From contig DAOULZ010000012.1 of assembly GCA_034414575.1 (NCBI GenBank), positions 3,035 through 67,034 on the forward strand: a DNA stretch of 64,000 nucleotides, given 5' to 3'. This stretch comes from Dehalococcoidales bacterium (GTDB lineage: Bacteria; Chloroflexota; Dehalococcoidia; Dehalococcoidales; UBA5760). The notes under the pieces were generated by a model. That model did no database searches. It saw nothing but the letters and a program-made list of their open reading frames with translations, and was not told where the DNA came from. The stretch's first letter is position 1. The number at the start of each line of letters is the position of its first letter. The position numbers and the translations under genes are program-made. Positions 9,892 through 19,609 of this stretch are shown piece by piece.

Positions 9892-10446
9892 TTAGCCTAA
9901 CTCGGGTTCAATGAGACCGTAGTTACTATCGCGGCGGCGATATAACAGGTTAAGTTTCTCAGTATCAGCGTTAAAGAAAAGGAAAAAATCGTGCCCCAGA
10001 ATCTCCATCTGGTCAATAGCTTCATCTACCGCCATTGGCTTGAGGGTGAACCGTTTGACCTTGACTACCTTGGGCAGGGCTGGTGCTGGTTCCGATTCTT
10101 CAGTTAGTCCACTTTGGGAGGGTGGGTTAATCTTTTTACTCTTTCTCTTGTTATATCGTTTACCCTTGTAGTGTTCTATCCGCCGGTTCATAACGGCGCT
10201 AACCTTATCAATAGCGGTAAACAGGTCTGCCCCCCTCTCTTCACTGCGAAGTGGAGTGCCGATGCTATCTATGGTTACCTGCACGACAAAGTGCTGCTGG
10301 GGAGACCGGGTCTTTTCATGAGACACCTCTACCTTAGCCTCAACGATGCTAGGCAGGTAGTGGCTGAGTTTAACTAGTTTGCGCTCGATGTAGTGGCGTA
10401 CCTCAGGTGATAGCTCCACATTCTTGCCGGTTATCTGTAATTGCAT
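9892..10446 (-). CDS. hpf: ribosome hibernation-promoting factor, long form
   Basis: MQLQITGKNVELSPEVRHYIERKL N-terminus (S30AE family) plus the C-terminal dimerisation domain (VVKVKRFTLKPM...EA..QM...GHDFFLF). Confidence 0.9.
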   Translation of the reverse strand: MQLQITGKNVELSPEVRHYIERKLVKLSHYLPSIVEAKVEVSHEKTRSPQQHFVVQVTIDSIGTPLRSEERGADLFTAIDKVSAVMNRRIEHYKGKRYNKRKSKKINPPSQSGLTEESEPAPALPKVVKVKRFTLKPMAVDEAIDQMEILGHDFFLFFNADTEKLNLLYRRRDSNYGLIEPELG

Positions 10447-10473
10447 CTGTTTTTGCTCCTCACGCGTCTTCTT

Positions 10474-11196
10474 TTAAATTTCCCTGGCTAAGGCCAGCCC
10501 CCAGACTGAGATGGCGCCGGCGGCTTTTAGGGCCACGGCACAGGCATCAAGGGTAGCCCCGGATGTGGCGACATCATCAATGAGTAATACTTGCCGGTTC
10601 TTCAATCTCTGGTCGTGGCAGGTAAAGGCACCGGCCACATTATTTCTTCGTTCGTCCACGGTTTTGGTTTGGGTCTGGGGAAGGGCGTGTCGCTGGCGGG
10701 TAAGCGAGTTATCTACCACGGGTAGGTCGGTGAGCTTGCTTAGCTGCTGGGCCAGTAGATTAGATTGGTTATAGCCGCGCTCCCTTAATCGTTTCCGATG
10801 TATTGGTACCGGCATCAGCACCTCCCCTGGGATGGGGTTGGTGGTGAGGTAGTCACCGAGAAATGTAGCCAGCGTTTCGCTTAGGGCTCTTAAGTTTCTA
10901 TATTTTAGTTGGAGGATGGCCTCGCGGATTATCCCCTCGTAGCGGAATGGGGAGCGGATGCCGTCTATGGCAGCTTGCCAACTCAGACAGCCGGGGCAGA
11001 GTGTGCTCGCGGGTTGGGGTCTACCGCACTTGGGACAGAGTGGTAAGGTAATCGGCGACAGCAGCTGATAACAGGAGCGGCAAATGAATTCACCCTCCTT
11101 ACCGCAGCCGATACACCATTTGGGAAACAACAAATCGAGTGCTGCCCTCTTGAGTTTAGCTGGTTGAAGAAGCACAGTCACCACTATGGCTACCAC
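10474..11196 (-). CDS. comF: ComF-family phosphoribosyltransferase-domain protein
   Basis: N-terminal double zinc ribbon (CIGCG..CRSC ... CPKCG..CPGC) and C-terminal PRT motif VLLIDDVATSGATL. Confidence 0.85.
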   Translation of the reverse strand: MVAIVVTVLLQPAKLKRAALDLLFPKWCIGCGKEGEFICRSCYQLLSPITLPLCPKCGRPQPASTLCPGCLSWQAAIDGIRSPFRYEGIIREAILQLKYRNLRALSETLATFLGDYLTTNPIPGEVLMPVPIHRKRLRERGYNQSNLLAQQLSKLTDLPVVDNSLTRQRHALPQTQTKTVDERRNNVAGAFTCHDQRLKNRQVLLIDDVATSGATLDACAVALKAAGAISVWGLALAREI

Positions 11197-11217
11197 CTAC
11201 TAGCGGTATTTGAGTGG

Positions 11218-11439
11218 TTAATGGGAGCGGCTGCCGTGGAGATTACCGCTCATGATGGGTTCGTTAATATAGACATCCCCATTCCTGATTTTCAGGTTAA
11301 AGCCACAATCAGGATTGGTGCAGACCCAGGCTTTGTAGTGAATGGCTGCCCCCTGACTACCAAAGTCAGATAGGGGTACCAGCTCTCCGGCGTTACACTT
11401 CAAGCACTTGGGGAAATTAATTTGATCCATTAGGTCCAC
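11218..11439 (-). CDS. small zinc-ribbon protein, function unknown
   Basis: 73 aa with CLKC ... CTNPDC cysteine pairs, directly upstream of comF on the same strand. Confidence 0.45.
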   Translation of the reverse strand: MDLMDQINFPKCLKCNAGELVPLSDFGSQGAAIHYKAWVCTNPDCGFNLKIRNGDVYINEPIMSGNLHGSRSH

Positions 11440-11530
11440 CTCCCAACCGAAGTTGAATTTTCTATAGTATACACTAGGTGTTTGACCATTGACAAGAGCC
11501 TTTTGGGGGTCTAGGCCGGCTCTTAAGATT

Positions 11531-12118
11531 TTAACCTTCTTCTCTTTCCAGCCTGACTGAGCTAATCTGGGTGTAGATGGCTCCGGCCTTGGTCAGCTGG
11601 CTTTTCATCAGGTTGATGGCGTCTACCTTAATATCACCGTCTTCAAATTTGGTGCTGGCAATGAGATTGCCAAAACTTTGCCGATCGCTCAGTGAGGCTC
11701 GGTTGCTGAGGCGGGCCAGGGTCAAGTGGGGGGTGAAGGATCGCGACTCAGGAGCGAAGCCCAGCGGGCTTAAGTTAGACTCGAGTTGCTTTTGTAGCCG
11801 GCTGAGCTTATCCAGCTCTCCACTTATGCCTACCCAGGCTACTTGAACCCGCTTCAAATTGGGAAAAACTCCCAGCTCTTTAACCTTCAGACGGAAGGGC
11901 GCTAGCCCGCGCACCGACTCCTCTATAGCCCTGGTTATGGCGGCGGTGGTATCGATAGCAATATTACCCAGGAACTTGAGTGTCAGGTGAATACTCTCGG
12001 GCCTGACCCACTTTACCCAAGGCTGCTGGTCGGCCTTCAGTTGCGCCTCAAGCTGGGCGAGTTTCAACTTTAATTCATTGGGTAGTTCGATAGCGATAAA
12101 GGAGCGAATCTGCTCCAT
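11531..12118 (-). CDS. thpR: RNA 2',3'-cyclic phosphodiesterase (2H family)
   Basis: Two H-x-T-x motifs (HLTLKFLG and HLTLARL) at the expected spacing. Confidence 0.85.
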   Translation of the reverse strand: MEQIRSFIAIELPNELKLKLAQLEAQLKADQQPWVKWVRPESIHLTLKFLGNIAIDTTAAITRAIEESVRGLAPFRLKVKELGVFPNLKRVQVAWVGISGELDKLSRLQKQLESNLSPLGFAPESRSFTPHLTLARLSNRASLSDRQSFGNLIASTKFEDGDIKVDAINLMKSQLTKAGAIYTQISSVRLEREEG

Positions 12119-12121
12119 AGC

Positions 12122-12982
12122 TCAAGCCCCTTTTGATTCGCTTTCAATACCCAGTAGCCTTCGGGCATTACCGGCTAAGATTAACTCTCTGGTTTCTTCA
12201 GATAGATCCAGGGAGTTAATCTCCTTCAGTAATCGTCCCGGTGGGAGTAGCGGCCAGTCACTGCCGAAGAGAACCTTGTCGCTACCTACCAGCTGGGTAA
12301 CCTGACGATATATTTGAGGGCTGTAGAGGAAGGGCGAGGCGGCGGTGTCGAAATAGACGTTTTTCAGGGCCCTTTTCACCTCGGGCATTAGGGCGTAGAA
12401 GGGTAGCCCGCCCCCCCAGTGGGCGCAGACTGTGGTCACATCAGGGAAGTTAGTAATCAGGGAGTAGAGCAGGTGTGGTGTAACGCCTCCCTTCCCCGGA
12501 TACTCATGACCGACGGGCTCGGAGGCATGAACGAGAAGAATCAGGTTGTGCTTTCTTATGGTCTCGATGAAGGGCAGCATCACCTGGTGATCGGTTGGAT
12601 CCATTAATTGCACATCCGGTCGCAGTTCGCCGATTCCCTTTATGCCGCCACTGGCGCAGCGTTCGATTTCAGCTATGGCAGCCTGGCATGAGAGTGGCTG
12701 AACAGCGCCGAAGCCTATCAGGCGATTCGGGTAACGGGCTATTGATTCCAGGATGTAGTCGTTGGTCTCAACACAAAGCTCATGAGTGGTCCAGCCAATA
12801 TTGGTAATGACCGAGATGTCGACCCCTTCTTTATCCATGCTGGCCACGAGTTCATCGGCCGTGGCTAGTGTGGCGTCTTTTTTTGAATACAGGATGGCAA
12901 AGCAGGGGTCGGCCTCAATATATTTATGGCGATTCTTTTTTATTTGCGGGGGAAATACGTGGGTATGGAAATCAATGATCAT
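12122..12982 (-). CDS. amidohydrolase-family (TIM-barrel metal-dependent) hydrolase
   Basis: IIDFHTHVFP N-terminal metal-binding motif, 286 aa, amidohydrolase_2-like. Confidence 0.8.
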   Translation of the reverse strand: MIIDFHTHVFPPQIKKNRHKYIEADPCFAILYSKKDATLATADELVASMDKEGVDISVITNIGWTTHELCVETNDYILESIARYPNRLIGFGAVQPLSCQAAIAEIERCASGGIKGIGELRPDVQLMDPTDHQVMLPFIETIRKHNLILLVHASEPVGHEYPGKGGVTPHLLYSLITNFPDVTTVCAHWGGGLPFYALMPEVKRALKNVYFDTAASPFLYSPQIYRQVTQLVGSDKVLFGSDWPLLPPGRLLKEINSLDLSEETRELILAGNARRLLGIESESKGA

Positions 12983-13021
12983 AGCGCAGATTCCCCATCA
13001 CAGCTCAGATAGAGGTACTAT

Positions 13022-13672
13022 TTACTCGGTCGGCGGCTCTTCTGAGGGAGCTTCGGCTTCTGCCATTGCTGCCTCCTCCTCGACGGGAACCACCTCCTCT
13101 TCTATTTCCGCTACCGCTTTCTCGCTGACCTTGACTATTAACTGGTCAGGTTCATTGGCCACCGTAATATCCGAACCTAGGGCAAGGTCTTTGACATGGA
13201 TTGCCTGCTCCACCTCCTCAAGGGGGCTCAGGTCAACCCGTATTTCGTGGGGCAGCTTGTCGGGCAGGCACTCAACACTTAAGCTGTCTAGGGTATGCAT
13301 CAGAAAGCGTCCCTTTAACTTTAACGCCGGGGCTTCACCAGTCAAAACGAGGGGGACGTCGGCCTTTATCTTCTCGGTCAGCTTCACCTGATAGAAATCT
13401 ACGTGGAGAAGCTGCCTGCCAAACACGTCTTTTTGAATTTCTCGGATGAGTACTTTGCGGGGGCGCTTTTCGCTATCAATCTTGATGTTAAGGAGTGTGG
13501 TCGTACCGGCTTGAGCTAAAATATGCTGCAGTTCGGTGGTAGCACACTGTAGGGCTAGGGATTTAAGGTCATGCCCAAAGAGATGAGTTGGGGTCATGCC
13601 CTGGCGGCGCAGAAATCTGGTCTTCTTACCGAATACGTCTCGGGTAGTGGCTTTTAGAATGAGACCCTCCAT
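13022..13672 (-). CDS. rplY: 50S ribosomal protein L25 / general stress protein Ctc
   Basis: N-terminus LKATTRDVFGKKTRFLRRQG, the long Ctc form and an acidic C-terminal tail. Confidence 0.9.
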   Translation of the reverse strand: MEGLILKATTRDVFGKKTRFLRRQGMTPTHLFGHDLKSLALQCATTELQHILAQAGTTTLLNIKIDSEKRPRKVLIREIQKDVFGRQLLHVDFYQVKLTEKIKADVPLVLTGEAPALKLKGRFLMHTLDSLSVECLPDKLPHEIRVDLSPLEEVEQAIHVKDLALGSDITVANEPDQLIVKVSEKAVAEIEEEVVPVEEEAAMAEAEAPSEEPPTE

Positions 13673-13824
13673 TTATGACCTCCTTCTATTCTTTTATATT
13701 TAAGCAGAGATTAGATGTTAAAATCAAACCGTGGCGAGAAGATTGACGGGGATGAGTGGTAAAACTAGGGATTAACCGGCCTTCCCGTAGTTTAAGCTAG
13801 GTGATCCCCTTTTATGGCTCTGGT

Positions 13825-14616
13825 TTATTCTTGACTGCCGAAAGACCGCATGGCGATGAGGATCATGACTGCTCCGAATGCCGCCAGTATGCCAACGTTA
13901 TTCCAGATTGATAAGGAATGTCCGAACAGAGTAAGTTCAAAGCTGGTTTCTGACACGTCTCCCAGTGCTACCTGGCGGATAGTGGTAATGCCGTAGGTGG
14001 CTGGGTTTATTTTGGACAGGATACTCAGCCAGAGAGGGCCTTCTTCTACGGAAAAGAATACCCCGGATAGAAAGATCATAGGGAAGGTCAGCATGGGCAT
14101 TATCGCTTGGAACGCTTCTATAGTTCTGATGCGTGTTGCCAGCAGAATGCCGAAAGAGCCCATGGCAAAAGCCAGCAGAAACATCAAAGGTAGTAGTTTT
14201 AACACGGTTACCGGGGACAGGTAGACCCCAATTAGGGGGGCAAACAAAAGGATGATCATCCCTTGTATTATAGCTATGGTGGTAGCACCCAGTGTTTTCC
14301 CAAAGGCTACCGAAGCGCGATTAATTGGTGCCACCAGGACTTCCTTTAGGAAGCCAAACTCCCGGTCCCAGACTACAGACACGCCAGACATAAAGGAGTT
14401 CATGAGCACGGTCATGCCAATTATGCCCGGGAAGAGAAACTGTGAGAAATTAACCCCGGGACTCAACATACCCATCTGACCACCAAGGCCGCCGCTAAAA
14501 ACAAATAAAAATAGGAGCGGCATAAAGATAGACCCGATGAGACGTATCCTATCCTTCCAGAATCGAAGCATATCACGATACCAGATGGTATAGACGCCGC
14601 GCAGATTATTCATCAC
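13825..14616 (-). CDS. ABC-2 type transporter permease
   Basis: 263 aa with about six hydrophobic spans, immediately downstream of the ATPase gene. Confidence 0.85.
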   Translation of the reverse strand: MMNNLRGVYTIWYRDMLRFWKDRIRLIGSIFMPLLFLFVFSGGLGGQMGMLSPGVNFSQFLFPGIIGMTVLMNSFMSGVSVVWDREFGFLKEVLVAPINRASVAFGKTLGATTIAIIQGMIILLFAPLIGVYLSPVTVLKLLPLMFLLAFAMGSFGILLATRIRTIEAFQAIMPMLTFPMIFLSGVFFSVEEGPLWLSILSKINPATYGITTIRQVALGDVSETSFELTLFGHSLSIWNNVGILAAFGAVMILIAMRSFGSQE

Positions 14617-14622
14617 TCTCTC

Positions 14623-15606
14623 CTAGTGTCGCATACGGCGGCCGTGCTGGCGGACCATAGCCTTAAGTGCGTCGCTAGCTCCCTCCTCCCTTATTTCCCG
14701 GCCGGTAAGCTTGAGAAAGACATCGTCCAGGCTCGGATGGCGCAGGCTGACACTGAGTATCTTGGTCTGAAATTCCCTGATGAAGGCGGGCAGAAACTCC
14801 TCGCCCTTGGCTACTTCAAAGACGAGCTCGTTATTATCATGTCTTGCCTCAATCTGGTAGCGTTGTCTTATTTCTGCAGCGGCTCTAGCGTTATCGTCAG
14901 TCTTCACCGAGACAATATCCTTACTGACAATGTCTTTGAGTCGCTCCGGGGTGTCCAAGGCCACGATTTTCCCATAGTCCATGATAGCAATTCGGTTGGC
15001 CTTCTCAGCTTCGTCCATGTAGTGGGTGGTTAAGAAGATAGTGGTGCCTTCCCGCTTGCGTAGCTCAAGGATGTACTCCCACAGGCGGTTACGGGTTTGC
15101 GGGTCAAGTCCCAGCGTCGGCTCGTCGAGAAAGAGCACCCTGGGGTTATGAAGGAGACCTCGAGCCAGCTCAAGGCGGCGCTTCATACCTCCAGAGTAGG
15201 TTCGCACCACGCTGTTACGTTTGTCCCACAGCTCTATCATTTTTAGCACCTGCTCAATGCGCTGCTGACGAACTGAAGCGGGCACGTTATACACCAGGGC
15301 ATGAAAATAGAGGTTCTGCAAGCCGTTAAGTCGCTCATCAAGGCTGGGATCCTGAAAAACAAGTCCGATTGACTGACGTACCTGGCCCTGCTGGTGCACG
15401 ACGTCAAAACCGCTAACCATGGCTTTTCCTGAGGAGGGTTTGGTCAGGGTGCACAGGACGTTAATCGTGGTCGTCTTTCCGGCCCCGTTTGGTCCCAGAA
15501 AACCGAAGATTTCCCCGGCGGCTACCTGGAAGCTGATGTTGTCCACCGCAACCAGTTCCCCGAACCTCTTGGTCAGGTTTTCTACGGTGATGATGTAATC
15601 ACTCAT
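14623..15606 (-). CDS. ABC transporter ATP-binding protein (DrrA-like exporter ATPase)
   Basis: Walker A GPNGAGKTT, signature YSGGMKRRL and Walker B LFLDEPT. Confidence 0.95.
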   Translation of the reverse strand: MSDYIITVENLTKRFGELVAVDNISFQVAAGEIFGFLGPNGAGKTTTINVLCTLTKPSSGKAMVSGFDVVHQQGQVRQSIGLVFQDPSLDERLNGLQNLYFHALVYNVPASVRQQRIEQVLKMIELWDKRNSVVRTYSGGMKRRLELARGLLHNPRVLFLDEPTLGLDPQTRNRLWEYILELRKREGTTIFLTTHYMDEAEKANRIAIMDYGKIVALDTPERLKDIVSKDIVSVKTDDNARAAAEIRQRYQIEARHDNNELVFEVAKGEEFLPAFIREFQTKILSVSLRHPSLDDVFLKLTGREIREEGASDALKAMVRQHGRRMRH

Positions 15607-15611
15607 GTCGA

Positions 15612-15640
15612 TTGATATCCTCTATATTAAAGAGTATAAT
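15612..15640 (+). promoter_or_regulatory. near-consensus sigma70-type promoter facing the USP gene
   Basis: TTGATA (15612-15617), exactly 17 nt of spacer, then TATAAT (15635-15640). This implies a leader of about 295 nt before the ATG at 15943. Confidence 0.45.
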
Positions 15641-15711
15641 GACAGCCCTTTCGTAAGAAATATATAACTATTCCTAATTATATTACTTTTGGTGTCAGTT
15701 TACCAGCGTTT

Positions 15712-15816
15712 TCTACAATAGCTGGACCGGGGTAGTCTAAATTATCTCTGATCGAAGAAACTCCATGAGGACTAACCGCAAATACGACCGTGGTAAAAAT
15801 TACACAGCTATTGTAG
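15712..15816 (+). promoter_or_regulatory. candidate structured leader RNA element
   Basis: CTACAATAGCTG (15713-15724) pairs perfectly with CAGCTATTGTAG (15805-15816), enclosing 80 nt. A nested GGTAGTC / GACTAACC pairing lies inside. Confidence 0.3.
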
Positions 15817-15942
15817 CATTTCAGGTGGGTAGGATGCCAAGCGATACCTCGATTGGCATTAGGAAGGGAGATGATGCTATATTGATATGGACTGGCAGAT
15901 AGCTTATCATTGTAAACGTGGTTATTTTGGGAGGTATGAACA

Positions 15943-16914
15943 ATGTATCAAAGGATGCTCGTTCCATTGGACGGTTCGGAACTATCTGAGGTGGTTTTTC
16001 CTTATGCTAAGGAGCTAGCCGGGAGGATGGGTTTGGATGTAATCCTGCTCCATGTTCACAGCCCGGACGAGGGCGACACAATGCCGCTACACCAAGCCTA
16101 TATCAAGCATAAAGCCGAGCTCATAAAGCGTAAGTCAGAGGCGGTGCAGGAGAAGGTGGGGGTTGGGCCGGGTGGTAAGGTGGTAAAGGTATGGGGTGAA
16201 CTTGCTGTTGGTTATCCGGCTGAGGAAATCCTTCGTTATGCTGAGGGGCAGGATATTGATTTTATCCTTATGGCGACTCACGGTCGCTCTGGAATCAGGC
16301 GGTGGGTCATGGGTAGTGTGGCGAATAAGGTTCTGCGTGCCTCAAAGGTTCCTGTCTGGCTGGTTAGAGGGGGGATTCCTGAAGGCATTGTCTACGATAA
16401 ATGGCCGAAAAGAACGATACTGGTTCCGCTTGATGGTTCCGAGCTGGCTGAAGCTGTCCTACCCCATGTTGAAAACTTGGCCAAGCAGCAGGGGGCTGAA
16501 CTGGCAGAGGTAGTACTGCTTAGGGTGTGTGAACCGGGAGCGGCGTTAGGTTACTATCCACCCAGCGCGCGCTTTGAAACTCCAACCGGCGCTGTTCATG
16601 TCATGCCGCGGGATTTTGCCCGTGGTGAAGCGGCTAAGCAAAAGATATTAGTCGAGCAGTACCTGGCTGGGGTAGAGAAGCGGCTTGAAGGAACTGGTCT
16701 CAGGGTACGCTCAGAGGTGCGCCAGGGCGATCCTGCTGAGGAGATTACCGAGTACGCCAATAGTAATCCATTTAATCTCATTGTCATGGCCACTCATGCC
16801 CGGTCAGGGCTGAGCCGGTGGGCCTACGGTAGCGTGGCTGCCAAGGTGCTGCAAGGTGTTACCAGTCCTATCTTTCTGGTGCGAACTTGCCAAGCGGAGT
16901 CGGCTCAAGTTTGA
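15943..16914 (+). CDS. universal stress protein, tandem USP domains
   Basis: Two repeats of the USP pattern (MLVPLDGSE ... MATHGRSG..RW.MGSVA.KVL and VPLDGSELAE ... MATHARSG). Confidence 0.9.
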   Translation: MYQRMLVPLDGSELSEVVFPYAKELAGRMGLDVILLHVHSPDEGDTMPLHQAYIKHKAELIKRKSEAVQEKVGVGPGGKVVKVWGELAVGYPAEEILRYAEGQDIDFILMATHGRSGIRRWVMGSVANKVLRASKVPVWLVRGGIPEGIVYDKWPKRTILVPLDGSELAEAVLPHVENLAKQQGAELAEVVLLRVCEPGAALGYYPPSARFETPTGAVHVMPRDFARGEAAKQKILVEQYLAGVEKRLEGTGLRVRSEVRQGDPAEEITEYANSNPFNLIVMATHARSGLSRWAYGSVAAKVLQGVTSPIFLVRTCQAESAQV

Positions 16915-16976
16915 AAGGTAGTGCCGCTGGGGGGTGCTGGGTGATGGGTGGCAAGATTATGCTAAGATAGGGCGAC

Positions 16977-18167
16977 ATGCTGATGCGGGTCATACTTTAT
17001 ACCGGTAAAGGTGGGGTAGGCAAGACCAGTGTCGCCGCGGCAACAGCGCTGCAGGCGGCAGAGTCGGGCTACAAGACTATTGTTCTCAGCACCGATGCGG
17101 CTCACAGTCTATCTGACTCCTTTGATTTTCCGCTGGCTAATGAACCACGCCTCATAGTGCCCAATCTTTGGGGGCAGGAAACTGACCTGGCGAAAACCCT
17201 GGAGGATAACCGGAGGGAGATTCACGACTATTTGTCAGCACTTTTGGCTTGGCGGGGAGTAGACGACGTGATTGCTGACGAAATTGCCTTCTCTCCCGGA
17301 ATGGAGGAACTGGCTAATCTGCTGTATATCCTCAATTATCAGGACAAGGGGGAGTATGAAGTTATTATTGTTGATTGTGCCCCCACGGGAGAGACGTTGC
17401 GCTTGCTTGGTGTTCCCGAGGTGCTTAAATGGTGGATGACAAGGCTGTTTCCTATCGGGCGGAAGATTATCACCGGGGTGCGTCCCTTAGCCAAGACGCT
17501 GACCAGTATGCCCCTGCCCGACACTAGGGTTTTCAAATCAGTTGAAGACCTCTATGCCAAGCTTACCAGGCTGCATAGTCTGCTGGCTGATGCCGAGATA
17601 ACCTCGGTGCGCCTGGTGGTTAACCCGGAAAAGATGGTGATTAAAGAGGCCCAGCGCAGTTTCACCTATTTCAGTCTCTATGGCTATGCTACTGACCTTA
17701 TTATCTGTAATCGTCTTATTCCCGACCGGGTTAAGGATAGTTACTTCAAATCGTGGAAGGCTAGCCAGCGGAAGTATCACCAGATAATTGAGGAAAGCTT
17801 TGCCCCCTTGCCTGTCTTTGATGTTCCCCTTTTTGAGCAAGAGATAGTGGGTATACCGATGCTGAGAAATGTAGCTGAGGCACTCTATGGGGAAAAAGAC
17901 CCGACTACAGTTTTTTCTCGTGGGGAGGTGCAGAGTATCCACAAAGAGGATAAGCACTATATCCTTACTCTTACCCTACCCTTTACTAGCCGGGAGCAGG
18001 TATCCCTGATGCAGAATGATGATGAGCTTACTATCCAGGTAGCTGGTTTCAGGCGGAACGTTATCCTGCCACGTTCCCTGATTGGTTTAGCCGTCAGCGA
18101 GGCAAAACTGGAGGCAAACAAGCTAAAGATTCGATTCCAGCCGGCTGGCACCGGGGCTAAAAGGTAA
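16977..18167 (+). CDS. ArsA/Get3-family ATPase with C-terminal HSP20-like domain
   Basis: Deviant Walker A GKGGVGKTS, ArsA-type switch regions and a C-terminal alpha-crystallin-like beta domain. Confidence 0.85.
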   Translation: MLMRVILYTGKGGVGKTSVAAATALQAAESGYKTIVLSTDAAHSLSDSFDFPLANEPRLIVPNLWGQETDLAKTLEDNRREIHDYLSALLAWRGVDDVIADEIAFSPGMEELANLLYILNYQDKGEYEVIIVDCAPTGETLRLLGVPEVLKWWMTRLFPIGRKIITGVRPLAKTLTSMPLPDTRVFKSVEDLYAKLTRLHSLLADAEITSVRLVVNPEKMVIKEAQRSFTYFSLYGYATDLIICNRLIPDRVKDSYFKSWKASQRKYHQIIEESFAPLPVFDVPLFEQEIVGIPMLRNVAEALYGEKDPTTVFSRGEVQSIHKEDKHYILTLTLPFTSREQVSLMQNDDELTIQVAGFRRNVILPRSLIGLAVSEAKLEANKLKIRFQPAGTGAKR

Positions 18168-18197
18168 TTAGTATTCTAAGAATAGAGGAGGGGGACA

Positions 18198-18425
18198 ATG
18201 AGTGACAGTATTTTTGAGATGGAGTATCGTCCGGGAGAGGAAGTGGTGCTGCGCTTTAAATCGCCAAGGATTCGTGGATTGCCCGCGTCTACCCGACGGC
18301 ATCTGTTAGCTGGTGGGAGGGAAGCACTGCTGGCGCTGCGTGATATCCTCGACGGGGCAATCGAGAGGACGGAGAGGTCAGAAAAAGCGCCGCGGAAGAA
18401 GAGGACCAGGGTCAAAGTGCAGTAA
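18198..18425 (+). CDS. small basic hypothetical protein
   Basis: 75 aa with a GGAGG RBS 6 nt upstream, tightly following the ArsA-like gene. No recognisable motif. Confidence 0.4.
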   Translation: MSDSIFEMEYRPGEEVVLRFKSPRIRGLPASTRRHLLAGGREALLALRDILDGAIERTERSEKAPRKKRTRVKVQ

Positions 18426-18521
18426 AGATGTTTTCCGTTGCGCGGTACTTGGAATCGATTTATCTGAAGCTAGATAGAGCGCGATTATTGGCGCAACTTC
18501 ACAGGTGTGTTGATTGGCACT

Positions 18522-19373
18522 TCACCAGTTTATATGTATGGCTTCAACAATACCTATCAGTTCGTAATATGAAAGGGAAGTCCCTCCAAGTAACTTTGTC
18601 AACTCTTGCCCTTCGGCTCTTAGTTTATCGGCCCAAGCATTAATCTCCTTTTCCTCCTCAGAGCCTTTTATATATACATTGCTCGAGACTTCTTGGTTAT
18701 ACAGCTCAATCTCCCTATTGTATTCGTCCAACATGGTTTCTAATTCGTGAATCCTTTTCATATACTCTTCAAAATAATCATACGATGTTGACTCAGCATA
18801 GTTAATGTTTATACGTCCGTATTCCTTACCTACTTCAATATAGGCAATAGTGTCCCACGACTTTTCTTGAGATAGCTGAGGCTCTGTATCTGTGGTTACC
18901 GGTTGTGTGACTGCCACAACCTCTTTGACACCACCGGTACAATCGATGTAAACCAACCCTCTGTCCCTAGTTTCAAAAGCATTACATACATGTCCCTCGT
19001 CTTTTCCCTCCAATCCTATAGCAACCCAAGCAGCTCTGATTCCAGCTGCTTCTGCATTATTGTGCACATCTTCAGCAAAATCCGCACATGTATAGGCCCT
19101 TTTAGACTCTGGGGAATAAGATTCCTCTAAGTATTCATAGGTGTCTGTTTCATCACATATAATAAAGCCTATCAATTGTCTAAAAGTCGGATTACGAGCA
19201 TTTGGGTTGTTGGTTAATTCTATGGGGTGACCATCTGCACCGACACACTTGGCACCATTTACATAAACATGTTGTGTGTTGTCACAGCCTGTGGAACATA
19301 AAAGTATAAAGGCGGTAACAATAGAGATTGCGACACCGATACATAAGCGTCTCTTTGTCGAGGCCCTGCTCAT
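18522..19373 (-). CDS. putative lipoprotein with transglutaminase-like (papain-fold) core and C-terminal coiled coil
   Basis: Signal peptide with lipobox LLCSTGC. There is a candidate Cys-His-Asp arrangement: YTCADFA ... EGHVCNAF ... VYIDCT. The gene is AT-rich. Confidence 0.5.
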   Translation of the reverse strand: MSRASTKRRLCIGVAISIVTAFILLCSTGCDNTQHVYVNGAKCVGADGHPIELTNNPNARNPTFRQLIGFIICDETDTYEYLEESYSPESKRAYTCADFAEDVHNNAEAAGIRAAWVAIGLEGKDEGHVCNAFETRDRGLVYIDCTGGVKEVVAVTQPVTTDTEPQLSQEKSWDTIAYIEVGKEYGRININYAESTSYDYFEEYMKRIHELETMLDEYNREIELYNQEVSSNVYIKGSEEEKEINAWADKLRAEGQELTKLLGGTSLSYYELIGIVEAIHINW

Positions 19374-19521
19374 CTTTCACTTCTGTCTACTGTATTTTAC
19401 ACTCGGGTTTGAATATAGCTCTCACCGGCGACTCTGTCAACACCATCGCAAATACGAAGTGCCTGTGGAACCTAAAGGGGGTATTTGCACTTAGGCTTAA
19501 CCGCGGAAGATGGGAAATAGA

Positions 19522-19596
19522 TGGAGCGGGTGAAGGGATTCGAACCCTCGACGTCTTGCTTGGGAAGCAAGCACTCTGCCGCTGAGTTACACCCGC
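19522..19596 (-). tRNA. tRNA-Gly (anticodon CCC)
   Basis: The reverse complement folds as a canonical cloverleaf: GCGGGTG/CACCCGC acceptor, ACTC/GAGT D stem, CTTGC-TTCCCAA-GCAAG anticodon arm, TTCGAAT T loop and an encoded CCA. Confidence 0.93.
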
Positions 19597-19609
19597 CTGT
19601 ACACACAAA

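Noticed and set aside
12786-13391. 201-aa plus-strand ORF rich in Ser/Ala/Thr
   Set aside because: It lies antisense to the 5' end of the amidohydrolase gene and the acidic tail of L25/Ctc, both confidently identified. Its low-complexity translation is typical of an antisense artefact.
15712-15816. Attempt to assign the USP leader element to a known riboswitch class
   Set aside because: I found no match to the conserved cores of the classes I can recall. It is reported only as an unclassified candidate structure.
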